A DNA stretch of 64,000 bases. Source: Candidatus Gottesmanbacteria bacterium. GTDB taxonomy: Bacteria; Patescibacteriota; Microgenomatia; UBA10105; UBA927. The stretch is taken from assembly GCA_023245335.1 (NCBI GenBank), contig JAHFKK010000001.1:235282-299281 (forward strand), written 5' to 3'. The notes under the pieces are model-generated. The model worked only from the letters and a program-made list of their open reading frames with translations, did no database searches and was not told the origin of the DNA. The translations under genes and the position numbers were made by a program. Below are positions 1-8,344 of the stretch, one piece after another; position 1 is the stretch's first letter, and each line of letters opens with the position of its first letter.

Positions 1-551
1 ACATATTTAAACCCATTGGAAGAAGTGCCCGGCTTGCGCGGACTGGCATTGATGTCGTTGTTCATAAAGCTACAAAACTTCGTACTGAGATACGCAAACG
101 AGGTGAAGAGGCGCTAAGCAGGAAAGCAATTCCTACAGAAAAGAATATAGAAAAGTTTCCCGTCAGTCTTACTGACTATTATCGGAAGCTTGCGGATAAT
201 CCTCTTGTTCAGATGGATAACGAAATGCCCGTTGCAGAAGTTGTCCAGAAAAGCGGTTTAATGGATGCACTACCTAGAAAGCTGATGAGCATATTCGAAC
301 GTGCTGAGTCAGAAGACATAGTGGCTACTTTTTTTGGGCTTGCAGATATGAATGGAAAATGGACGCCAATCGGTGTTGATAACAAAGGAAATTTTATGAA
401 TGGAGTGACTATGTATATAACAGCGGCCCAAGGATTTTGGAGGGAAGTAGATGATCTCTCTAAGAGAGGATTAGTGGTTATTCGTGAGTTAGGTGGAGGA
501 AATAGAGCTGTTGAGCCAACGGCCGCGCTCATTAATTTAATAAAAAGTTAG
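1..551 (+). CDS. hypothetical protein, 5' end outside the window
   Basis: The frame of ORF 213..551 stays open back to position 3 (IFKPIGRSARLART...), so the gene starts upstream; no recognisable motif. Confidence 0.6.
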   Translation, partial: IFKPIGRSARLARTGIDVVVHKATKLRTEIRKRGEEALSRKAIPTEKNIEKFPVSLTDYYRKLADNPLVQMDNEMPVAEVVQKSGLMDALPRKLMSIFERAESEDIVATFFGLADMNGKWTPIGVDNKGNFMNGVTMYITAAQGFWREVDDLSKRGLVVIRELGGGNRAVEPTAALINLIKS

Positions 552-637
552 GAGAGAATGGCTTGGTTAAGTTGTGTTCCAATTTCGCCCTACCCTCTCC
601 GCTCATGAAAAGTTCTACGAGGGAGCGACGTTATCCT

Positions 638-2224
638 GTGAAACACCGCGTTCAACATCATTGGGTTTTCCACATACTTTTTACGCTCTGTTTCCTTGTC
701 TTTGTGGCTATAGGTTTGCACGTCTATCGTGACTACGGCGTGTCGATCGATGAATACTCTCAAATTGAATTAGGACGGGTAAATTACGAGCGGGTGGTTT
801 CAGGAAGCGAGGCTCTGAAGACGAACGAAGATCGGTACTACGGCCCAGTGTTTGAAACCGTGCTCTACGGATTGAGTCACGCCGTCCAGAAGCCTCTGCA
901 CATAGATGAGATGAGTAGCAGGCACCTAATTGAATTTCTTTACTTTGCCGCTTCCCTTGTCGTCTTTTATCTATTCTTGTGGAAGATAACCGGGCATCCG
1001 GGATACGGACTTCTCGGAAGCGTTCTTCTTGCCATCTCTCCCAGAATGTTTGCGGAAAGCTTTTATAACAGCAAGGATATGGTATTTCTCTCCACAAGCA
1101 TCTTCGCGCTGTACTCTATGAGCTTTGTGGCAGATCTTTCCTTTCCTGCGGTCATAATTCACGCGGTCGTTTCCGGGTTTGCCATAGCGGTACGCCCCCA
1201 GGGAATGCTCTTGGTTGTCGTGAGTGTCGTAGGCATTTTTCTCATATCCAAAAAAACCATTCTTCAAAAGATACTATGGAGTAGTGCATATATCGTATTG
1301 ACTGTAGTGTCGACTATAGCGTTCTTCCCGGTATTTTGGGATGGGATACCGCAGAATATTGCGGGTTTCCTCCACCGGTCGCTCGATCCCATCGGTGTCC
1401 CGACGTATTACTTCGGGAAGTTCTATACCAGTCCGGGTGTCCCCTGGCACCATCTCGTCGTTTGGATCGGGATTACCAGTCTATTATCCGTTACCGTAAC
1501 CTCGAGTATCGGGCTCGTTTGGTTTCTCTATCGCGCGTACAAAGAGAAACAGCATAGGGCAAAAGCCTCCGGTATGTTTACGCTTCTTTTTCTCATTATT
1601 ATCGGGACCATCGGTGGAGCAATAATTTTTCGTGCGAGGACGTATGACGGATGGCGGCATATTTATTACCTATACCCCAGTATCATCGGATTCTCGGTGT
1701 ATAGCGTGAAACGGTGTATGGATTTGGCGAAGAAAAATAGTAGGATATGGAGCATTATCACCGTGTGCATTTTGGGCCTTTTCGTTTTGGATGGAGTGTC
1801 GGCCGTACGGTTTATGATACGTCATCATCCGAACGAATACGTCTACTTCAACCAGCTTACCGGAGGATACGTACAGGCGAAACGAAATTTCGACTTCGAT
1901 TATTGGGGAATATCTTATAAACAAATTTTATCCTATCTCTTGTCATTGCCCAGGAGGCCGACTAAGGTCTATTTTGTGGAATCGTTCCCCTATGTCCAGT
2001 TTGGGATGGCGCCGGCATTACGCACGCACGGGTTTACTGTCGTCGACTCTCTAACAGAGGCCGATGTAGTTGTGGTCGTGAACCGATACGACAAAACGAT
2101 ACCGTCGGCAGGATTTACTAAGCTGTATGCAGTAGACGTAGAAGGCGCCGATCTTTCGGCGGTGTATGCAACGCGCGCCTATCGGGCTCTATTGAATGAT
2201 AGCCCTAAAATGCAGTACCCTTAA
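638..2224 (+). CDS. GT-C fold membrane glycosyltransferase (GT39/PMT-ArnT-like)
   Basis: Polytopic membrane protein with the S-I-D-E acidic motif in the first loop, YNSKD and DYWG motifs; start uncertain (563/605/638). Confidence 0.75.
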   Translation: MKHRVQHHWVFHILFTLCFLVFVAIGLHVYRDYGVSIDEYSQIELGRVNYERVVSGSEALKTNEDRYYGPVFETVLYGLSHAVQKPLHIDEMSSRHLIEFLYFAASLVVFYLFLWKITGHPGYGLLGSVLLAISPRMFAESFYNSKDMVFLSTSIFALYSMSFVADLSFPAVIIHAVVSGFAIAVRPQGMLLVVVSVVGIFLISKKTILQKILWSSAYIVLTVVSTIAFFPVFWDGIPQNIAGFLHRSLDPIGVPTYYFGKFYTSPGVPWHHLVVWIGITSLLSVTVTSSIGLVWFLYRAYKEKQHRAKASGMFTLLFLIIIGTIGGAIIFRARTYDGWRHIYYLYPSIIGFSVYSVKRCMDLAKKNSRIWSIITVCILGLFVLDGVSAVRFMIRHHPNEYVYFNQLTGGYVQAKRNFDFDYWGISYKQILSYLLSLPRRPTKVYFVESFPYVQFGMAPALRTHGFTVVDSLTEADVVVVVNRYDKTIPSAGFTKLYAVDVEGADLSAVYATRAYRALLNDSPKMQYP

Positions 2225-2229
2225 GCACA

Positions 2230-2688
2230 ATGAAACCCGGTGTTGATTACATTGGTGTATCGGTCGGCGCACTTATCCTCAACAAAAAGGGCGAGATATT
2301 CCTTACCAAGCGTGGTTTACAAGCGACCAACGAACGCGGTATGTGGGAGATTCCGGGCGGGAAAGTCCGATTCGGAGAAACACTGCAGGATGCGGTTAAG
2401 CGCGAAATGAAGGAAGAATACGGAGTAGATCTTATTCTCGCGTATCAATTTCCCGCTCAGGATCATCTCATACCTCGCGAGCGTCAGCATTGGGTGCCGA
2501 CATGTTTTGTCGCCCGCGTGAGAGTGGGACAGGCGCCCGTCATACGGGAGCCGGAGAAGTGCACCGAAATCGGTTGGTTTAGCTTAGAACATCTTCCGTC
2601 GCCGCTTTCGATCGTCACCAAGCTCGATCTAGGTGTCTACGGGCACTATCTTGCCGGAGATGATCTATTTTCCTTAAAAACTAAGTAG
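2230..2688 (+). CDS. NUDIX hydrolase
   Basis: Nudix box GGKVRFGETLQDAVKREMKEEYG. Confidence 0.92.
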   Translation: MKPGVDYIGVSVGALILNKKGEIFLTKRGLQATNERGMWEIPGGKVRFGETLQDAVKREMKEEYGVDLILAYQFPAQDHLIPRERQHWVPTCFVARVRVGQAPVIREPEKCTEIGWFSLEHLPSPLSIVTKLDLGVYGHYLAGDDLFSLKTK

Positions 2689-2702
2689 TCTATACTAGGC
2701 AT

Positions 2703-3224
2703 ATGGATCAAGAAGCAGAAAAACGGGTCTCTTCCTCTGAGGAGGAAGTTATTGCAGAATGGAAGTCTCCCTCCCGATTGTTCAAGAAGCGAGATCGGGA
2801 ATACTTCATCAATATCGGCGCTATTGTGTTTTTACTGTCCGTCATTCTTGTGTTCGCACGGGAGTTTGCGCTGATAGCGACCGTCTTGTCGGTCGTATTT
2901 TTTATATATGTTTTGTCGACCGTACCGCCGGAAGATGTAAAGCACAGAATTATGAGTTTAGGTATCGATAGCGCGGGTCGGTTTTACCGTTGGGAAGAGT
3001 TCGCGGATTTTTGGTTTGAAGAGCAATGGGGCCAAGTGCTCCTGGTCCTTCGCCCCTTTGTTTCTTCCCGACTTATAATTTTACTTGGTGATCAACCAAA
3101 ATCCCGTATCCGGGAATACGTCGCCAAATATATTCCGTTTCGGGAAGAACCTGATCGCAATTGGATCGACAACGCGGCCCGGTGGATGAGCGAGAAGATA
3201 CCGCTCGAGAAACCTCAAAGCTAG
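2703..3224 (+). CDS. conserved hypothetical two-TM membrane protein
   Basis: 173 aa ORF with two hydrophobic segments; TATACT 6 nt before the ATG. Confidence 0.7.
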   Translation: MDQEAEKRVSSSEEEVIAEWKSPSRLFKKRDREYFINIGAIVFLLSVILVFAREFALIATVLSVVFFIYVLSTVPPEDVKHRIMSLGIDSAGRFYRWEEFADFWFEEQWGQVLLVLRPFVSSRLIILLGDQPKSRIREYVAKYIPFREEPDRNWIDNAARWMSEKIPLEKPQS

Positions 3225-3260
3225 CCATATCCAGCAATCCATAGTACAATTATTCCTGTT

Positions 3261-3332
3261 GCCTCCGTAGTTCAACGGATAGAATAGGGGATTGCGGATC
3301 CTCTGATCACAGTTCGATTCTGTGCGGGGGCG
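3261..3332 (+). tRNA. tRNA-Arg(GCG)
   Basis: Cloverleaf: acceptor GCCTCCG/CGGGGGC, anticodon arm GGGGA-TTGCGGA-TCCTC, T arm CACAG-TTCGATT-CTGTG; no encoded CCA. Confidence 0.93.
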
Positions 3333-3342
3333 CTCATGTTTT

Positions 3343-3762
3343 ATGACGATTGCTGTGTGCGGAAGCCTTACTTTTTATAAAGACTTGCGGGATACCCAGC
3401 GGAAACTCGAAGCATTGGGTCACCGCGCTCTTGTTCCCAAAAGCATCAGACTCATGGAGGAAGAAGGCTATCACAAGCCAAAAACGGTTGCCGAGCGACT
3501 TCGGGCGGAAAAGAAATATCATTTCATAGAGGAACATTTCAAAAAGATTGAAACATCAGATGCTATTTTGGTCGTCAATCCGGAAAATCACGGCGTCCCC
3601 GGATATATCGGCGGCAATACGTTTCTTGAGATGGGGGTCGCCTATTATCTCGGAAAGAAAATATTCGTTGTATATCCGCTTCCGCATATGGGGTATGAGC
3701 TGGAGTTAGCTTCCATGTGGCCAACGATCATCAATGGCGACCTGTCCAAAATTTTTCCTTAA
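3343..3762 (+). CDS. nucleoside 2-deoxyribosyltransferase-like domain protein (paralog 1)
   Basis: ICGS-type N-terminus and SDAILVVN...GYIGGNTFLEMG motif; start moved to ATG 3343 because 3322 lies inside the tRNA. Confidence 0.65.
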   Translation: MTIAVCGSLTFYKDLRDTQRKLEALGHRALVPKSIRLMEEEGYHKPKTVAERLRAEKKYHFIEEHFKKIETSDAILVVNPENHGVPGYIGGNTFLEMGVAYYLGKKIFVVYPLPHMGYELELASMWPTIINGDLSKIFP

Positions 3763-3792
3763 TACCGGTTCTGACGTATAATTGGAGAGCTT

Positions 3793-3884
3793 GGAAAGGT
3801 GCCGGAGCGGCTAAACGGCCAGGTCTCGAAAACCTTGGGAGTCAGTAATGGCTCACGTGGGTTCAAATCCCACCCTTTCCGCCA
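3793..3884 (+). tRNA. tRNA-Ser(CGA)
   Basis: Acceptor GGAAAGG/CCTTTCC, anticodon loop CTCGAAA, long variable arm, T arm GTGGG-TTCAAAT-CCCAC, encoded CCA. Confidence 0.95.
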
Positions 3885-3932
3885 AAACCGCATACGCCAC
3901 ACGTTTTGCCGTGATGCTATACGGATATCTCC

Positions 3933-4988
3933 ATGAATACGTTGACAGGCAAACTATTGCAACTTTACCGTCGGCTCCCCCCGGAGTTTCGTAGGCGGTT
4001 CATTACTATCCTGATTATTTTGGGACTTCTGAACGTCGCGGTTTGGATCACCACAATTTTCGTTGCGCCGACAAGCCCGACGCTTCTCGGACTTGTTCTT
4101 TTGGCGTATGGATTGGGTTTACGGCATGCGGTTGATGCGGATCACATCGCGGCGATAGATAATACGACCAGGAAACTCATGAATGACGGTCAACGGCCGG
4201 TCGCAGTAGGATTTTTCTTTTCATTGGGTCATTCCACAATTGTCATTCTTCTTTCGATAATTCTTGCTGTTTCCGCCTCATTTATCACCACAACCTTACC
4301 GTCATTGCGGGATGTCGGATCCATCGTCGGAACAGCAGTGTCGAGCGCATTCTTACTTATGATCGGGATCATAAATCTTGTTACTCTCATTGATGTGTTT
4401 AAGATGTGGTCCCGTGTCACACGGGGGCATGTGCATGACGAGTCAGAAATTCACGCGCATCTCTCGACGAAGGGATTCTTGGCCCGATTATTTATGCCGT
4501 TTTTACGGTCAGTTTCCAAAAGTTGGCACATGTATTTCGTAGGATTTTTGTTCGGATTGGGGTTTGATACGGCAAGCGAGGTGGGACTTCTTAGTCTCTC
4601 GGCCGCAACCGGCTCGCGCGGCATGCCCGTATGGGAGATGGTACTGTTGCCGGCCGCTTTCACCGCCGGTATGTCGCTCATCGATACGTTAGACGGGATT
4701 CTCATGTTGGGAGCATATGGATGGGCCTATCTTAATCCCGTCCGCAAGCTTTATTACAACATGAACATTACGCTCATCTCTGTCATTATCGCCTTATGTA
4801 TAGGAGGTGTAGAAGCGATACAGCTGGTTACGGAACGACTGCATATTTCTGGTGGAGTATTTCGAACAATCCAACAAATGGATTTCGGAAGCTTCGGGTA
4901 TATCATTATCGCAGCATTTATCATAAGCTGGATAATTTCTGTAGTGATATATAAAGTAAAAGGCTATGACCGGATACATATAAAATAG
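3933..4988 (+). CDS. HoxN/HupN/NixA (NiCoT) high-affinity nickel/cobalt permease
   Basis: Signatures RHAVDADHIAAIDNTTRKL, FFSLGHST and GFLFGLGFDTASE; His-rich loop. Confidence 0.95.
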   Translation: MNTLTGKLLQLYRRLPPEFRRRFITILIILGLLNVAVWITTIFVAPTSPTLLGLVLLAYGLGLRHAVDADHIAAIDNTTRKLMNDGQRPVAVGFFFSLGHSTIVILLSIILAVSASFITTTLPSLRDVGSIVGTAVSSAFLLMIGIINLVTLIDVFKMWSRVTRGHVHDESEIHAHLSTKGFLARLFMPFLRSVSKSWHMYFVGFLFGLGFDTASEVGLLSLSAATGSRGMPVWEMVLLPAAFTAGMSLIDTLDGILMLGAYGWAYLNPVRKLYYNMNITLISVIIALCIGGVEAIQLVTERLHISGGVFRTIQQMDFGSFGYIIIAAFIISWIISVVIYKVKGYDRIHIK

Positions 4989-5036
4989 GGATATAATACG
5001 GGTAGGAGATCTTGTCGGTATGGCAAAAAGAATCAT

Positions 5037-5453
5037 ATGACAATCACGATTTGCGGAAGTATGCAGTTTCACAAAGAAATGGGTGACGTCCGTGAAAAAT
5101 TACAGGCGAAAGGATTTACGGTATATGTTCCGGGAGAGCTGGATGATCTGGAACACAACGAATCCTATATGTCGACCGATGAAGAGCGGATTACGGCTAA
5201 GATAGAATACGATTTTATCCGCGAGCATTTTCATAGGATCGAACAGGCAGATGCGATCCTTATCCTGAATTATGAGAAGAAACATATTCCCGGTTACATC
5301 GGCGGCAATACATTTCTGGAAATGGGATATGCCTTCGGATTGGGGAAAAAAGTCTATTTACTCAATCCCGTACCGGACATGGATTACAAGACGGAGATGC
5401 ATGCAATACAACCGATAATCATCGATGGAGATTTAGAAAAGATTGATCACTAG
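5037..5453 (+). CDS. nucleoside 2-deoxyribosyltransferase-like domain protein (paralog 2)
   Basis: ICGS...ADAILILN...GYIGGNTFLEMG, clearly homologous to 3343..3762. Confidence 0.65.
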   Translation: MTITICGSMQFHKEMGDVREKLQAKGFTVYVPGELDDLEHNESYMSTDEERITAKIEYDFIREHFHRIEQADAILILNYEKKHIPGYIGGNTFLEMGYAFGLGKKVYLLNPVPDMDYKTEMHAIQPIIIDGDLEKIDH

Positions 5454-7519
5454 CGCACCGTATCCTGACCGTCTTTTTTATTCACCTCAAGAAGCGTCCT
5501 CACTATGTTTCCCTTTTCGTCTGTCATCACGAGAGCGCCACCGTTTATTCCTTTGAGGATCGAATTTTTTTCCAGTTCGGCTCCCGATTGTCCACCGTAG
5601 GTGGTCGTGGTATAGAGCCGTGAACAGCATTCGGTAAACTGCGTATTAATGACCCCGCCAACGTCAAAAATCGCGCTCCCATGGTTAAATCTCCCGAGTG
5701 CAGGCGTCAAGGTTATGCCGGGAAATGCCGCCAGCGTTTTGCGTTGCATGGGCGTCAGCGGGAGAGGCGGTACGCCGATTGCGATTGGGATGGTAGTCAA
5801 CGCGTTACCGTAGATACGCTGATGAATATAGACCGCGGCTATCTTTCCGTCAAATATGCCTTCAAGGTATTTGAGCATTATGGCTTCTTGTCGGGGATTA
5901 ATCGCTTTCTGTGTCACCCAAATCATGTCGCTCGGGACGTCTTCAGCGATTGCCGCTCCATCGCTTGCAAGTAACCCGCCCCGGCGGGCCGGCTCTATAG
6001 TGGTACGAAGGCGTCGATTTACCGTGAGGTCGTGAATCATCATCGACCAATCCCATGGTACCCGCCAGCGCCCGTCTTCTTCGACGAGCGGGATATCGTG
6101 TTCTTCGGTAAACGGTCCAAGGTTTCTTGTGTAGTAGGTGACCGCGACATGCATCATTTGGCGGGGGACAAATCGCTGCCAGGTCGTGGGTGTGACCCGC
6201 ATGCCGATCGACTCGATTTGGGCATCGGCAAATGTGGTCATGGCAAAGGTACGGAAATCGATGCTATCCCAACGGGTTTGACGGTTTTTTGTAATGTCTT
6301 TATACATGTCCTGAAAAAACATATGTTCCCAGTTGTATGCAATCTGGTTTACTGTGGCTTCGGGGGTAGGAAACAAGATGGGAATACTTGCCGTGACATT
6401 GCAACAGAGAAAAAGAGCGATAATACTTACCTGGAGCTTTTTGGAAAGCGGAGCGATGACCGATGCGGCGATGAGATAGAGAAGCGGAAGAAGAAGCACA
6501 AAATACCGGGTCCAGAATGGCACGACGTCATATATGACAATTGTGGTGAGTGCTATCGAGGTCACGAGCATCCATCGGATGTTTTTACTTTTCAGACTAC
6601 GAATACCCCCGAGAATGCTTGCAAGCGTAATACCGGTCCATGCGAGACTCCAGTGGGAAGCCGTGGTCCACTCCCTGGAAAAAATGTTTTGGCTTTTGCC
6701 GACGAGGAGATTAGCCAGAGCGCTCCCCCACGTGGGCGTCAGCCGCGCGTGGCGATAGAACGAAATAATCCATTTTTGTACGCGCAACCAGTCAAGGAGA
6801 GAGTGCCCCATAAGAAAGTATGGGACATATGGAAGTATGTATCCTGCGGCGATGCCACAGCCAAACCAGATAATAGGGAGGACTGAGCGGTAGGTCATCC
6901 ATATATATGCCGTGCCAAGGAGGGTGAAAAACGGCGTGAGGATCGGAAATTTGGTTTCCGAAAATAATCCCAACGTCACGCCCGCAAGAAGGGGTAGCAG
7001 GCGTGCGTTCCTTTTTCCCGTCCTGACAAGCATCCATAGAAATAAAAGAAAGAAGACTGCTTGTATGCTGTCAAGCATCGTCAGGGGGAATTGTGAGGTG
7101 ATAAGAGGATCTGTGGCGATAAGCGCCGTTATCCCAAGCGCGAGGAAGCGATTCCGAAGAAGTGCTTGGGAGAGCGCGAAACTCAGGATGAGGATAAGAG
7201 AGGTTGAAAGGAATCCATAGACGTATCCGTTGTCGAAAAGCTGGATACTGCTGCCTATGAGATATTTCCCCAACGGCGGCGCCTCGGCGTTTATGAGGGT
7301 GGGGTCGGCGCCGTGGATGAGCCGATACCCGACCCAAAGATATAAGCCGTCATCACCAATGGTCCGTACGGACAATGGGAGTACCCACTGAGAATGCTCA
7401 AATTTATCTTTCCAATAGGTCGAGTCAAATGAAGAAAAAAATATAGCCCGGTTTGTGTAAACAACGAGTGCAAGGTAGATAAGTAAGAAGCCAATAAGTC
7501 CTCGGGAAATCCACCGCAT
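5450..7519 (-). CDS. GT-C-like membrane protein fused to NTF2-like (MecA-N) and PBP dimerisation domains, no transpeptidase domain
   Basis: N-terminal ~380 aa polytopic with GDD and EAPPLGKYLIG motifs; then WEHMFFQDMY, EEDGRWRVPWDWSMMIHDL, ARRGGLLASDG and GQSGAELEKNSILKGINGG as in class B PBP pedestal domains. Confidence 0.75.
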   Translation of the reverse strand: MRWISRGLIGFLLIYLALVVYTNRAIFFSSFDSTYWKDKFEHSQWVLPLSVRTIGDDGLYLWVGYRLIHGADPTLINAEAPPLGKYLIGSSIQLFDNGYVYGFLSTSLILILSFALSQALLRNRFLALGITALIATDPLITSQFPLTMLDSIQAVFFLLFLWMLVRTGKRNARLLPLLAGVTLGLFSETKFPILTPFFTLLGTAYIWMTYRSVLPIIWFGCGIAAGYILPYVPYFLMGHSLLDWLRVQKWIISFYRHARLTPTWGSALANLLVGKSQNIFSREWTTASHWSLAWTGITLASILGGIRSLKSKNIRWMLVTSIALTTIVIYDVVPFWTRYFVLLLPLLYLIAASVIAPLSKKLQVSIIALFLCCNVTASIPILFPTPEATVNQIAYNWEHMFFQDMYKDITKNRQTRWDSIDFRTFAMTTFADAQIESIGMRVTPTTWQRFVPRQMMHVAVTYYTRNLGPFTEEHDIPLVEEDGRWRVPWDWSMMIHDLTVNRRLRTTIEPARRGGLLASDGAAIAEDVPSDMIWVTQKAINPRQEAIMLKYLEGIFDGKIAAVYIHQRIYGNALTTIPIAIGVPPLPLTPMQRKTLAAFPGITLTPALGRFNHGSAIFDVGGVINTQFTECCSRLYTTTTYGGQSGAELEKNSILKGINGGALVMTDEKGNIVRTLLEVNKKDGQDTVR

Positions 7520-7572
7520 ACGATTGGTATTGTAGCAGGAAGATCGATCGGGCGGTATAATACAGTGACTCT

Positions 7573-7644
7573 GCTTCTGTAGTTCAATGGATAGAATGCG
7601 GCCCTCCGAAGGCTGTGATTGCAGTTCGACTCTGCACAGAAGCG
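7573..7644 (+). tRNA. tRNA-Arg(CCG)
   Basis: Acceptor GCTTCTG/CAGAAGC, anticodon arm CGGCC-CTCCGAA-GGCTG, T arm TGCAG-TTCGACT-CTGCA. Confidence 0.93.
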
Positions 7645-7684
7645 CAAAGAAGTCTCATAAAGATAACCTATCGAAGTAAGCCAC

Positions 7685-8344
7685 ATGAAAATACGCGTCG
7701 GAATACTTGCTATTGGTGTTGTCGTGGTTTTGGGTGGAATCATCGGTACGCGAAGGTCGGTTCCCTTTGTATCACCGCGTATTATTGATCAGTGTCCGGG
7801 TGAGAATCGTCCGCCGTTTGATAAAAAAAGTGCAACCATTCAAAAGCTCAACGGAATGTGGACAGTCACCCATCCGCAATATAATTTTTCCTTCATATTT
7901 CCGGATGACGGATGGCGCCTTGAGGAAAATACAATTCAGGATGTGGAAGAGCCCATCAGTACGCCAGGATATCTCTACACATTTTTGTTGCGATATGATC
8001 CTCCCGGCGACAGTTCCCGCCGGGCGGTAAAGGATGTACGCTTTCTCGTGTATCCGTCTTGGTGTAATTCACCGACCCAATGGGCGCAGTTTTTCGTAAG
8101 TCAGGGTTGGCACAATCCGACACCCGTGATATTTACCACGCCCGGTCCTCAATGGACGTCTCTTTCCCGGGAAGACAGCGGGAGAAGCATGCGCATGTAT
8201 ATAGCTCATTTGGGAATTCTCCAGTATGCATTTGTCCTTTCGTGGGATGTGACCAATGATAAGAATATACATGAGGAAGACCTACTTGGGATGGTCAAGA
8301 GTTTCCAGTTTATGAAAGGAGTATCTCATGAGACGCCCCGGTAA
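7685..8344 (+). CDS. secreted/anchored hypothetical protein (PsbP-like fold possible)
   Basis: N-terminal hydrophobic anchor, FSFIFPDDGW motif, C-terminal MVKSFQF. Confidence 0.6.
   Translation: MKIRVGILAIGVVVVLGGIIGTRRSVPFVSPRIIDQCPGENRPPFDKKSATIQKLNGMWTVTHPQYNFSFIFPDDGWRLEENTIQDVEEPISTPGYLYTFLLRYDPPGDSSRRAVKDVRFLVYPSWCNSPTQWAQFFVSQGWHNPTPVIFTTPGPQWTSLSREDSGRSMRMYIAHLGILQYAFVLSWDVTNDKNIHEEDLLGMVKSFQFMKGVSHETPR

Noticed and set aside
5975-5990. cccgccccggcggg as another palindromic element copy
   Set aside because: It encodes the conserved ARRGG motif of the PBP domain and lacks the element's end motifs
6032-6886. 284-aa plus-strand ORF and the many other antisense ORFs in the track
   Set aside because: They are shadows of well-supported opposite-strand genes and carry no motifs
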